A DNA stretch of 63,061 bases, counting the filler, from Nemertoderma westbladi (taxonomy: Eukaryota > Animalia > Xenacoelomorpha): assembly GCA_032718475.1 (NCBI GenBank). It is 3 parts of 3 records of this genome, joined end to end, with 100 filler letters (N's around TTAATTAATTAA, not from the genome) between each part and the next. Parts side by side here need not be neighbours in the genome. Positions count along the whole stretch, not along the records: positions 39,128 to 63,061 come from JAUCBJ010000721.1; 2 more parts are not named here. One strand, written 5' to 3'. This document shows positions 48,532 through 59,985 of this stretch, in pieces. The notes beneath the pieces were generated by a model. The model was not told the DNA's origin. It was given only the letters and a program-made list of their open reading frames with translations, and ran no database searches. Within the stretch, counting starts at the first letter, position 1. Each line of letters opens with the position of its first letter. The position numbers and the translations under genes were made by a program.

Positions 48532-48575
48532 TTAGCCCTGAAGAAGCCTGTGAGGGTGAAACGACTGTCGGCAAA
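48532..48575 (+). ncRNA. Minimal type I hammerhead ribozyme, copy 2; predicted cleavage after C48569
   Basis: Same core; stem II C>T change (gcct-GTGA-gggt) keeps pairing as a U-G wobble. Confidence 0.9.
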
Positions 48576-48759
48576 CTCTATTTATTTTAACTCGTGGTGT
48601 TAAGACCCCTTAAGCCCTACGTCCTTTCAAAAACTTATATGGCAACCACACCACGCCGGGCGTCATTCCGTAATATTAGAAAACTGAACTTAATTCCTAA
48701 TTCAGTAATTGGAATATTGTTGAGTTATTGTTCAGTTGACTGCCTATGGTAGAACATAC

Positions 48760-49485
48760 CACTACTACTACTAACTAAACATGCCACTACTACTATTAAC
48801 TCAACATGCCCCTACTACTACTGCTCATACTGCGATAATATCCACATATTCAAGGCCAGTGTCCTTTAAGAGGCTTCATGTTATGGACTGTTATGGACTG
48901 CACCATGCTTATTTTCTGCATGAGGCCGCCAAAGCTCAAAATTGTGGACAGGCTGCTTCTCGCGATGAAAGCAATGACCTGCGACGCGGAAACGGCTTTG
49001 TTCAAATGTCAAACTAAGGGAGACTAATGAAACACCTTCAATGTTATGTAGAGTCTGATTGGAGATGTGTGCATTTGTACTTAACACAATGAACCCGGTG
49101 CAGTATTCTTGTATATGTGCCATCCAGAGATTTGGTATATGCAGCATTTATAGCCTAGCGTGGACTCCCATAGAGGAGTACTGGAACTACTGCTGCTCTA
49201 AATAATCGGACCTAAGTTTCCGACTCATTCTGTGTAACTTCCAATTCATGGAAATTACATTCAATGCTTCCCATGGCTTTCCTTTTCGAATACACAATGT
49301 CTGTAACTTCCGGTTCCATGATCCAAGATAACAGAAGTTGCCCGCATGCTCAAGCATACCATCCTTTGAGCTTATGCTCATTCGATCAAACATTTCCTGA
49401 GGACTTTCTAAGTTAACTGTCAAAATGTTGGACTTCTGCGAGTTAACAAAAAGACCCGACTGACTAGAAACAGCCTGTTCTAATG
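48760..49485 (-). mobile_element. RTE-like LINE 3' fragment with (TAG)n tail
   Basis: Homologous to 34130-34790 (FCYLGSW, RVAGHCFHREKQPVHN); actactacta runs at 48760-48825. Confidence 0.82.
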
Positions 49486-49844
49486 CACCATTTACCCCAA
49501 CCAGGGTAAATGGTAATTTTATTATTAATATAAATGAATGTGTAAAAAGATGCAAGAAATAATATTTAAAAATAATCGCAGGGGGTAATTCGTATAATAA
49601 GGCTGTTCGCATAATTTACCAACTACTAATTTACCAACTCGTACCTGTGCTCAAGCGGAAAATTTGCCTGACTATAAAAAACTGTCGGTCTTTTGGGATA
49701 AAGGGGCATCATAGCATTCAGAATTCTAAGAGTTTGGCGACAGGTAGCATCCTGATTGCCAAAGCCTGGAGCTGACTTCCTCTCCTACTGCGCCTACAAA
49801 GGAACAGTGGATTGGTAACTAGCAACGGGCCAGGACTGGGTTGG

Positions 49845-50295
49845 TCAGGATTGCCCAAGTGGTCCTCTGTCGCATGCATGACAACGAGCATGAAAAGGAC
49901 TCGGAAAGCATTGGTAGCAAGGAACTGTGGAGGAACTGACACACTCCTGAGCCAAGCCCCTTTGCATTCCTGATGACCGATCCTGAAAAGCATCGCGAAG
50001 GGTGGTCAGACACTCGAAGGGTCAAACGACTAGACTAGGACTGCCCAAGCAGTTTGCTGTCACTGGCGTTACTACGAGCCTGAAAATGATTTGGAGTACG
50101 TTGCTAGCAGTGAAGCACGGAGGAACCGACAGACTCTTGAGCCAACTCTTGCCTTCCTGATTACCGATCCTGAAAGGGATCGGGACGGGAAGGGTGGATG
50201 GATGGACACACAAAGGATCAACTGACGACTGAGTTGTCTTCGGCAGCCAGATGTAATTACGAGCCTGGAAAGGACTCGGAAAGGTCTGGTAGCGG
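49845..50295 (+). repeat. Diverged ~187-bp tandem repeat, ~2.4 units
   Basis: cgagc.tg.aa at 49885, 50075 and 50260; ggaggaac.gaca.actc.tgagccaa and ccgatcctgaaa recur at ~187-nt spacing. Confidence 0.75.
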
Positions 50296-50859
50296 CCTCA
50301 CCTTAAACATTTAGACACTGACTGGACAGATGGGTATCAAAATTAGCAATAGTAGGCCAAAATCTCATAAAGTAAAGTCGCAATCCTATAAAGTAAATTA
50401 TTTATATTGTTAATTGAGTAGTTTATTAACTCATTTGTGAATAAGTTTATGTTATTATTCTGGCTCATAAGTAGAACTATCATAAACTGGAGGAATAAAT
50501 TGAAATCCAATTGATACTGTGCTTTTCTTTATGCATTCAAGTTTTCCCCATTCGCAATAATCCGGTGACTTAGGTTCAGTGATATTAGTTCGGGGGAGTT
50601 AGGTGATGTAACTCCTGGTTTACATCGGCGTCCGTCCATTCACATGCAGGTTGATTGCAGATTGGCGGCAACAGAGGTACTGTATTAGATGTTGTAACCT
50701 TTGGTTCTATATTCATGTGGAATATTTTCATTCTAGTTTCAAGGCAATCATTCGTAGACAACATGTTGAGATTTGTGAGACTCCAATAGCTCTCCATAAA
50801 ATTCCCTCTTCTTCCGATCGATATGTTTAGTAAAACACAGAGATGGTCGTATAAGATTG

Positions 50860-51370
50860 TCAATTAACAAGATAATCGTATTCGTTGCACATCTGAACCT
50901 CTTTTCCAGAGTAATATAATTTATCGGAATGGTCTAATCTTCCTACTTTCCTGAATTTTAAAATTGTTGTTTTAATAAAAGTTTTACTTCAATTGAATTT
51001 AAATGACACCATCGCGATGCAATATAATCCCTGTTGCAATGCATCCTTTTCGCAGGACTATAAAACCATGTAACCTGAGAAGATGAACCAACGATTTACG
51101 GTGAGAAATAAAACAAAATGAAATAGGTCGGAGAGAATCTGTCTGTCCCCCTATAATATTAATATCCGTTATTGTAAAATTATTTTTGAAAACTGTATAC
51201 CATTGAATATGTTTATGCTGTTCTGAAGTAAGTGCTTTAGTAAAATTGAAAAGTTTCCCTTTAACTCCAAACAAATTAAATAGTAGCTCTTATATTATAT
51301 TATAGTTATCATATTGTCAATAGTTAAATCCTGTTTAAGATAATAGAAAGCTTTCCGAAAATCAATAATG
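50860..51370 (-). mobile_element. Highly degraded non-LTR RT fragment
   Basis: IDFRKAF, FGVKGKLFNFTKAL, TTILKFRKVGRL..SDKLYYSGKEVQMCNEYDYL in broken frames. Confidence 0.55.
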
Positions 51371-51934
51371 CTGTATAAATTGTTCGACTCCTACAGTCAC
51401 TGTTTGTCATGCCTCCTAGAGTCACTGTTGTTATGCGAGCGTAGCGCATGTATAACTGCAGAAATTCATTTAAAATATGAAGTTGATAGTTATATTCCAT
51501 AGACCCATGTCATAGACATGTGATTACAGATCTCTGTGATCATCATCTCTGTGATCATTGTAACAATCATTAAGTGGTGCACATTCGACGATGAAGTATA
51601 TATAACAGTAAACCTGTTAAAAATCTTTTAACCAACTGAAAATATAGTCTATTAAGATATCGTGGCACCCACCGATATACTTGAAAGACAAATTTTCTAG
51701 AATAAGTGGTTATCCCCAGACATGTTCTGGAATAAATGGGTGCAGAAAATAATAACAATAAAATGTTACGGGATATTTTATTAATTTGTGCCCCTTCATG
51801 AATTATCAATAAATTGTGGAATATTAACAATTTATTCAAAATCCCATAAATATTTAATAAAATTGCAAAATAAGTCACATGAGCGGAAGACTCCTCCCAT
51901 TGGATCAACATTTTTTATTTAATTTAAAAGAAAA

Positions 51935-52184
51935 CTACGGTGGCTGAATTGTACCACTTATTACTTATTTTTTTCTTATTTTTTTAAGAGACCTTTTGGT
52001 CGACCAATAAGTCAACTTATTAGTCGACCAAAAAGTAATTTTTGGTCGACCAAAAAGTCGACTTATTGGTCGACCAAAAACTACTTATTGGTCGACCAAA
52101 AAATTACTTTTTGGTCGACCAAAAGGTCTCTTAAAAAAAATAAGAAAAAAATAAGTAATAAGTGGCACAATTCAGCCACCGTAG
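51935..52184. mobile_element. 250-bp palindromic MITE
   Basis: ctacggtggctgaattgt.ccacttattacttattt... is inverted to ...aaataagtaataagtgg.acaattcagccaccgtag; internal ggtcgacc repeats; TSD ambiguous (TA or AAAA). Confidence 0.88.
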
Positions 52185-52755
52185 AAAAGAGTCGTATTGA
52201 CCTAGAAATTCTGGATAGTATAAACGGTGTAAATACAGTACAAAGCCAAAGCTTAGAGCTTGGGAGCCTTTGCTGCATCTTAAATGCTAACAAACAAACA
52301 AAGATTGTGTATTCTAGTTAGATTTCCACTCTGCAATTTATTCAATTTGGAGAATAATTATTTCGTGTCTTTCTATTGGTTGTATAATCATTCCTAATTC
52401 TTTATATTAAAAGTTAAATTTCATTGGCTGATTTCGAAAACTGAGAAACCGCACCCTGATCGAACAAAATACATATAAAACGAATGACTTAGATAATTTT
52501 ATCAAAAGTACATAATTCACTTGGGCAGAGCATTTTCGAGCAGACCAGAAGAGTTCAGGTAAGTTCTAATAATAATTCCATCTCACATACTCTAACAACA
52601 ATTATATTGTTCATTTGAAGCTACTGTAAGTGACATTATTTACACAATTGGACTATTAATAATACGGCTTGTATCTATAATAGCTGCTGTCATATAACAT
52701 CAGCCACTGGTACTTCGGCCTAGAGTTTAACTTTACTTATTCATAGGCGTAGAAG

Positions 52756-52884
52756 ATGTCCCTTGATAATCAAACGTTCCAATATAATTCTACAGCTGTA
52801 GATGCGTCAGATAATGATAATATTTGTGTGACAGATGCAGCACCATCAATTATATCACCGCCAGTATGGGAGAAAATAAATCAG
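52756..52884 (+). CDS. Class A GPCR, coding exon 1 (extracellular N-terminus)
   Basis: MSLDNQTFQYNSTAVD...VWEKINQ with two N-glycosylation sequons; CAG|GTATAT phase-0 donor; upstream intron 52559 (GTAAGT) to 52746 (AG) suggests a 5' UTR exon. Confidence 0.7.
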
Positions 52885-53037
52885 GTATATTTGCTTAGTT
52901 TGTTTGCATATTTACCAGTAACATTTTTTTATTCCAAAATTGTAACATTACTCAACGCCGTTAGTATTAACAGCGAGTTGTTATTTAGCAAATTACAACT
53001 TTTGAGGACATTACAGATTGTATTGGCCTGTACATTT

Positions 53038-53578
53038 TGTTAGCGAATCAATTCCGCCTCACCAAACCCCATAAAGTGAGCCATAAAGCAATATTGGGAG
53101 CACGAGGTTGATTACCAATATCAACCTCGTGTCACCCCAATAAAGTGGGAAGGGAAGGAGAAACACACAATAGGGGTCAGGGGCCAAACCCCTAACAGAG
53201 AGAGAACAACAGGGGCAACGGGAAACACACCAGGGAAGGTGAAAGGGCGAGAAGTGGGATATTAGCCAATGGGGGGACAGCATCGACTAGGTACAGTAAT
53301 ATGGCCAACTGTGCAGTACATATATTACCTGTTGGTGCTTCCCTATTCAGTTAGTTTACTCAGTCAGATCAGTAGGGTGGAATGGTGACTTCTATCACCG
53401 TCCGCTACCGCCATCATACTTATCTACCGGTAACCGTGTCATACTATGCTATATATATCAACTATATTATACCTTATACATATAACCGAACACCAGAACT
53501 CTTTTACCTTTCACACACGGCGGGGACGCGTAGATAGAAAACCCAACGGATAAACCGGGATCCGTAGATCCCGTCACA
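53038..53578 (+). repeat. BEL-like 5' LTR (541 bp)
   Basis: tgttagcg...cgtcaca direct repeat. Confidence 0.95.
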
Positions 53579-53927
53579 GTGATAGAACTAGATCCAACCA
53601 ACTGGCCTGACAGACTGTGGCTGCCAGCCACCAAAGACGAAGATGAGTCGAGAGAAAGGAACGACACCGCCGCGGACCCCGGACGACGATCTAACGATCC
53701 GCGAGGCCGCGACGAGACGGCACCGACCCACGACGCCGGACACGTCGACAACGAGCGACCCGGCGATCCAAGATGAGGGGGGCCGTCTACAGCGAGAGAG
53801 CGAGTCGAGTAGAGGATAGAGCGAGACGGGGGAGGAGAGAGACGAGTCGACACACGACGGCGGTCGACGTGCCGATGTCGCCGGTCAGCCACAGACCGAG
53901 GGCGACGGACAGCCCACCGGAACGGCG

Positions 53928-56900
53928 ATGGTGGGGCCGCCGGTACGACGTCGGACCCGGAGAGATGGAGGGGAGGTCGGCAACGAGGATGTCGGGGTTT
54001 CTGATCGACTTCGACGAGCCTACGCCGCGACCCGGGAACAACTGAAGGAAGCTAGAGGAGGGGCTGAGATAGACCAGGTGAAGTTGAGGAGACGACTAGG
54101 TGAGTCGAACAGATACTTTGATTACCTAGTGCGTTCTGGGCAGGGAGAACTGGCCGAGGAGAGAGCGAGAGGGGTTGCCTTCGAACTGTTTGGGCTATGG
54201 GAACATAGGGGTATGGGGCCTGGTGTAGTGTACATAGGGCCATACTTAGTCGATGCCAGGGAAGTTAAGTTAGTGGGTTGGGCGGGACCGCACGAGGGCG
54301 AATCCGAGGTTAGCTCCGAGGATTCGGCCTCGTCGGTCAGCGAGGACCCCGGAAAGCGGGGGAAAGTTAGTAGGACGGAGGGGCGGCGGGAGTCCGTCGC
54401 AACCGATAAGTCTGCTACATCCTCCGCAAAAGTAAGAAGGGTGCAGGAGATAAATCTGGCAGCGTATGAATTAAAAACTAGAGAGATATTAGAGAGAACT
54501 AGAGAGAAATTAGAGTGGATAATGGGGAGAAGGAAGGAGCAAGAGAGTGAACGCGAAGAGCGTGAGGCAAGAGAACAGAGCGTGCGGTACACGTACAGTA
54601 CATACAGTAACCGTACGGGCAGGGGGGGTAGTAGTAGTGCGTTAGGAAATATTGGTATTAATAGTACCGTAGTAAATAACCCTAATCCCTTTATTACAGG
54701 AAATATTTTACCCGGTAGTAGTAATTTAAGTTTAAATTCAAATAATAATATTAATTCAAATATTCAGAATAATAAAAATAATTCAAATAATTCGAATAGC
54801 AATTTAAATTTTGAAAATAATAATAATTCTAACTTAAATAATTTAAATAATAATCCCGTTTCAAATTCTAATAATTTAATTGATTTAACAAATAATATTG
54901 GGAATGGTGCTATTAATGTGAACGCGTCAGACGTGTATAGCCCGGCAGACGGCGACCTGGTAGGCCACGTAGTTAGTAGGCAGGAGATGGCGGGGTTGAG
55001 CCGACCCGACGGCGGCCTGGTAGGCCACGTAGTTGGTAGGCAGGAGGTAGCGGGGTTGAGCCAACCCGGGGTGGGCCTGGTAGGCCACGCAGTAGTAGAG
55101 AGAGAGGCGGGGGTGAATAGACCCGGCCGCAGTAGAGACAGTGTGTCGACTAGAGAGGGGTGTAGAGACGAAGTAAGAGATATTGAAGTTAGATGTGGCG
55201 GGTGGGGGGGGGGGCTACGGGCGCCCCACCACAGAAGATTAGTGGCGAGAGAAAGGGGGTAGAGAGTGTCCGACAAGAGGGACGCAGAAGTGTAGTAAGA
55301 GATAGTGAAGTTAGAAGTAGCGGGTGGGGGGGGGCTACGGGCACCCCACCGCGAGAGATTAGTAGCGAGAGAGGGGGGGCAGAGAGTGTCCCACAGGCGT
55401 CAGCGGATAATGCGCGGGCCGAATTAGGTAAACTGCAACACCCGGCGATGGGGAGTAATAGGGGGATTGCGAGTATCCCCAGCGGCGTGCGATCGAGCAG
55501 AGAGAGACAGGTTGACGTCGCGAGAGGGCGGGCGACGGAACGTGGAGCCCAGTCAGAAGAGAGAAGATTAGTAGAGTTTAATAGAGAGGTCGAAGATAGA
55601 AGAAGATTAGTAGAGTTTAACCGAGAGGTCGAAGAGAGAAGGAGTGAAGATAATAGGAGAGTCGTTGCTAGGGGCAACCGGAGAGCGAGGACGGATAGCG
55701 AGCCGTCGCTACTAGAGATGGAGTTAGGGAGTCAGTGGGGTCGAACTTCGGGAGATTGCCGTCGCCCCGGAGAAACGCACCGCACGCCAAGAGAGGGGTA
55801 CAGGACGTACCGATACGAAGAAGAGAACAGGAATAGGGATCGAAGAGAAGCTTCCCGACGGGATATAGCTGCCGATCGAGAGTACGGTAGTCGCGGGGAG
55901 ATTCGAGAAGAATAAACTTCGGTTCGGAAGGGCACATGCAGACTGCAGGACATACTGTAGGCCTTACTGCACATACTATTATAGGCCATGCTGGGAGAGA
56001 TAGAGTAGGCGATAGGGTAGCGCGAACGACGGGATTAAACCCGGAAGTCGCGGAGTATATACCGGTAGGTAGGCGAGAGGTAGGTAGGCCTATATCGGTA
56101 CAGCAGCATGACTATAATACACAGGGACATAACATATATCCAAGGGAGGGGAGAGTTATTGTAGATAGATGTATGGGCCCCAATATATTAACATCAACCC
56201 CAGTACCAAACATACCGGCGGGGGGGGGGGGGGGGACAGGGTGACATTCCCCCATCACAATATCGATAATATACCCCAATAGGAGCAAGAACATCGAACC
56301 CCTTGGACAAGAACAGGTCGTGCGGACAGTCGCTACCACACGCGGCCATACAGGGGACTGCTAGTCCACAGTTAGCTGGTAGCAGGGCCACACCGTGGCA
56401 GGGACAGAAAGAAAATAACACCAAAAATAAACACAATCCCAATATACCCAGTAGGCCGAGTACAGACAACCAAAACACTAAATCGGTACACATAAACCTA
56501 CGCGCGATACGTGAGGGACTATACATACAGGGAACGCTATAATCCAGGATTCAAATGTCAATTACACCGGGACGGAACCCATAAGACCAGGAGTTGTAAG
56601 CACTGGCAAGCGTTGCCCAAACAAGATCGTGTAGCCTACACAGACGCAAACGGACTATGTCATCGATGTGTGGTAGAAGGACACAGATCCGGAGAGTGTA
56701 GAGAAACAGCAGCTACAAGCACAACAGAAGAGAAGAAGAGAAAAGTACTACTCGGGGTAGTACCAGAGAAGATATCAGGAGAGGGCGGTCGTTCAGTAAC
56801 GACATGTTACCATGGGTGCATGTTACCAGGCACCGTAGACACAGAGGACGAAGATAAGAAGCCGGAGGAGATAGTAGAGCCAGACAGGAAAGTAACAATG

Positions 56901-57401
56901 AGAGAGAGGGTGGAGGATAATAGACTTCCCAGCGGGTGTCGGTGTGGGGATGGAAGGGAGCGGACGGCGGGGTGTCCGGGGGACAACACTCCGGAGGAGT
57001 GTCCGGTGGAGTGTCAGGAGGACAATAGTCCGGAGGGGTGTCCGGGGGAGTGTCCGGAGGAGACGCCGGTCCGGTTGAGAGGCGTGCCGACGGGGGGGAG
57101 GTCGAGAGGGGGGGCAGGATGGAGAGGGGTAGGACTGCTGTTGTACCTTCTGTTCTGCCTGTTCTTTCACTTTCTATTCATTCTGCCGGCGGGAGACAAC
57201 AAGGAGAGAGGTGGCATTTTGATGCCAGGAGACGAGCTAGTTAAGAAGACGATGGAGAGACCCAACCTTGGGGTGGTGAAAGGGGGAGAGCCAATTCCTG
57301 GTCAGGTGGAATTGGCGAAGAGGGTGTGGCGAAGAGTAAGAGGACATATAGGAGGGCAGTGGGAGTGTGCCAACTGGAAGAAGGGGCACCTTAGAGTTTA
57401 G
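53928..57401 (+). pseudogene. Frameshifted gag-like/polyprotein remnant of the BEL-like element
   Basis: Successive + strand ORFs (53928, 55193, 55936, 56303, 56511); Zn knuckles in 56511..57401; G11 versus G9 in two copies of a duplicated motif explains the shift near 55210. Confidence 0.65.
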
Positions 57402-57654
57402 TCGTCCAAGGTTTTGGACTGAGGGGGGTGGGAATGAGGGCGAGACGCCCTTCCCACAAAAATAATTATTTAATTTAAATAAACAATAATAAATAATTAA
57501 ATAATTAAATAATAGTAGTAGAGTAGAGAGTAGGTAGAGGTAGTAGTTAGAGGCGGCGGAGTATAGGGAGTGTGGATAACTCCACGGAGTAGAGGGTAGT
57601 AGTACGAGTAAGTTAGAAGGCGGCGGGGTAAGGGAGTGTGGCATATTGTCATGC

Positions 57655-58240
57655 CACGAGTAGTAGTAGGGGGGTCGTGGGCACCGGAAGCGCCACGTAG
57701 AAAGTAGCGGTGGTAGAGAGGTTGTGGGCACCGGAAGCGCCACGTAGAAAGTAGCAAGAGAGTGGTTGTGGGCACCGGAAGCGCCACGTAGAAAGTAGTA
57801 GGAGAGAGTGGTTGTGGGCACCGGAAGCGCCACGTAGAAAGTAGTAGGGTTGTGGGCACCGCAAGCGCCACGTAGATAGAGGTATTAGTTGAGGTGGAGA
57901 TGTAGTTAGAGTGTTAGAGGTAGTAGAGAGGGCACATAGGGTGCCAGAGAGTAGAGTAGTAGAGAGGGCACATAGGGTGCCAGGTAGTAGAGTTAGAGTG
58001 TTAGAGGTAGTAGAGAGGGCACATAGGGTGCCAGAGAGTAGAGTAGTAGAGAGGGCACATAGGGTGCCAGGTAGTAGAGTAGTAGAGGGTAGATAGTAGA
58101 GTGGTTGTGGGCACCACAAGCGCCACGTAGATAGAGGGTTTTAGTTAGAGTTAGTAGTAGAGTGGTTGTGGGCACCGCAAGCGCCACGTAGATGGAGGTA
58201 GTAGCAGAGGGTTGTGGGCACCCTAAGCGCCACGTAGTAG
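57655..58240 (+). repeat. Internal tandem repeats of the BEL-like element
   Basis: gttgtgggcaccggaagcgccacgtagaaagtag and tagtagagagggcacatagggtgccag units. Confidence 0.9.
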
Positions 58241-58712
58241 AAGAGTTAGAGTTAAAGTTAGTAGGCTTAGAGAGATAGTTAGAGTTAGTAAGAGAGTTAG
58301 ATAGTTAGCAAGTGAAGTAGTAGGTAGATAGTATGATAGCACAGGGGTAGCATTAGAGGTCAGGGCCTTAAAGAGTGGCAGGGAGTAGAGAGGAGATAGT
58401 GAAAGGAACTGTTGGCAAGAGAGAAGAGTGCGATTCAGGTGTGGGGAGAGGGTAAGAGCGAGTTGAGTCAGAGAGCGGAGTTAGAGTGGTGAGAGTGTTG
58501 GGGAAACAAAAATTGTGTGAGAGAAGCGCACGATCGGCCCGACACGAGACGCCAGAGGGTAGTGAGATCATACCCATAGGGAGCGGCCTGGAAAGCCGAC
58601 TCCAAGAAAATAACTCCACCCCACACCCGATAATAGATCGAGTTCCAGCGGAATTGAAGCGCACTTAGTGGTTGATGCTATCTTCTCACCGGGAAGATAG
58701 CATGGGGGGGAG

Positions 58713-59252
58713 TGTTAGCGAATCAATTCCGCCTCACCAAACCCCATAAAGTGAGCCATAAAGCAATATTGGGAGCACGAGGTTGATTACCAATATCAAC
58801 CTCGTGTCACCCCAATAAAGTGGGAAGGGAAGGAGAAACACACAATAGGGGTCAGGGGCCAAACCCCTAACCGAGAGAGAACACAGGGAGCGAACGGGAA
58901 ACACTCCAGGGAAGGGAAAGGGCCAACAGGGGATATTAGCCAATGGGGGGACAGCATCGACTAGGTACTGTAACAAGGCCAAACCGTGCAATATATATTA
59001 CCGGTCGATGCAATCCCAGTTCATTCAGTTTACTCAGTCAGATCAGTAGGGTGGAACGGTGACTTCTATCACCGTCCGCTACCGCCATCATACTTATCTA
59101 CCGGTAACCGTGTCATACTATGCTATATATATCAACTATATTATACCTTATACATATAACCGAACACCAGAACTCTTTTACCTTTCACACACGGCGGGGA
59201 CGCGTAGATAGAAAACCCAACGGATAAACCGGGATCCGTAGATCCCGTCACA
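58713..59252 (+). repeat. BEL-like 3' LTR (540 bp)
   Basis: Direct repeat of 53038-53578, preceded by the PPT. Confidence 0.95.
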
Positions 59253-59985
59253 CATTTAGTATTGTATTGGTGTTATAATATCCCTTGTTTATGTGGTAAC
59301 CAATGACGGCGAGCTGTAAAATTACGGCGTCATTGGTTACCACATAAACAATAGGTGGCATTTATAATTAATTGCCTCACAGCCAGATAGGCCTACTACA
59401 TTACCTACCGGTAGCTATTAATAACTAGTAGCTATAAACTATTAACATGGCTCCTAACTTTTTTAACCTAACATTTTTATAACATAATTTATGTCATTTT
59501 TACATTTATTTATGCAGCAACTAATTTAATTTGTGCAGTTTCTATCACTTATAATATATATACAATCATTTCGCAATGTTACAATTTTTGAATAAAAATA
59601 CATCCATACTAGTTGCAAAGTACTTTACGGTGTTCTGATCCTCGTGGCTTTATTTTCACTCACTCACTAACGTTCGTTCGTTCGTTCGTGTAACAAAGCC
59701 ACTCGGATCATCACACTGTAAAGTGCTACTTTACACACAAGTATGTAAATAGTTATTACTTAACTTACTTGAAAATTATTAGAAGATGATTATATAAATA
59801 ATGAACATCAACTCTCTTATAAGATATCTAGGTAGATATAGCAATATCATTTTGGAGACATTCTATATATTGATAAAAATGGCATCCGAATAAATATATG
59901 TTAAGGGCCTAAATCAGATGGGCCTTTGCATTCATTCAGGTTTACATTCATTTAATATTATCAATATGACCCCATTTCGTTGCAG

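Larger units (their letters stand above)
39128..48693 (+). mobile_element. Tandem Penelope-like retroelements (Neptune-like), period ~4.91 kb; copy 1 is cut by the gap
   Basis: Direct repeat with offset 4907-4910 and only about five visible differences; RT + Cys linker + GIY-YIG ORF; hammerhead motifs; identity ends at 48693. Confidence 0.95.
53038..59252 (+). mobile_element. Non-autonomous, internally deleted BEL/Pao-like LTR retrotransposon with 5-bp TSD CATTT
   Basis: LTRs 53038-53578 and 58713-59252 (TG...CA); TSD at 53033-53037 and 59253-59257; PPT GGGGGGGAG; Gag knuckles CQLH...H....C and LCHRC...GH....C followed by VLLGVVP; no RT seen. Confidence 0.9.
52928..59757 (-). mobile_element. 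Hairpin-rich non-autonomous element (Crypton-like), copy B, split by the LTR element
   Basis: 52928-53037 plus 59258-59757 is the reverse complement of 14144-14774; copy A shows the empty site cctgta-CATTT-agtattg. Confidence 0.85.

Noticed and set aside
49968-50005. CTGATGA as another hammerhead ribozyme
   Set aside because: No GAAAC...NUH arrangement follows the stem, and the sister unit reads CTGATTA; kept only as a generic structured-repeat finding
52885-53043. C-terminal part of ORF 52756..53043
   Set aside because: Reads through a splice donor into intron and transposon sequence
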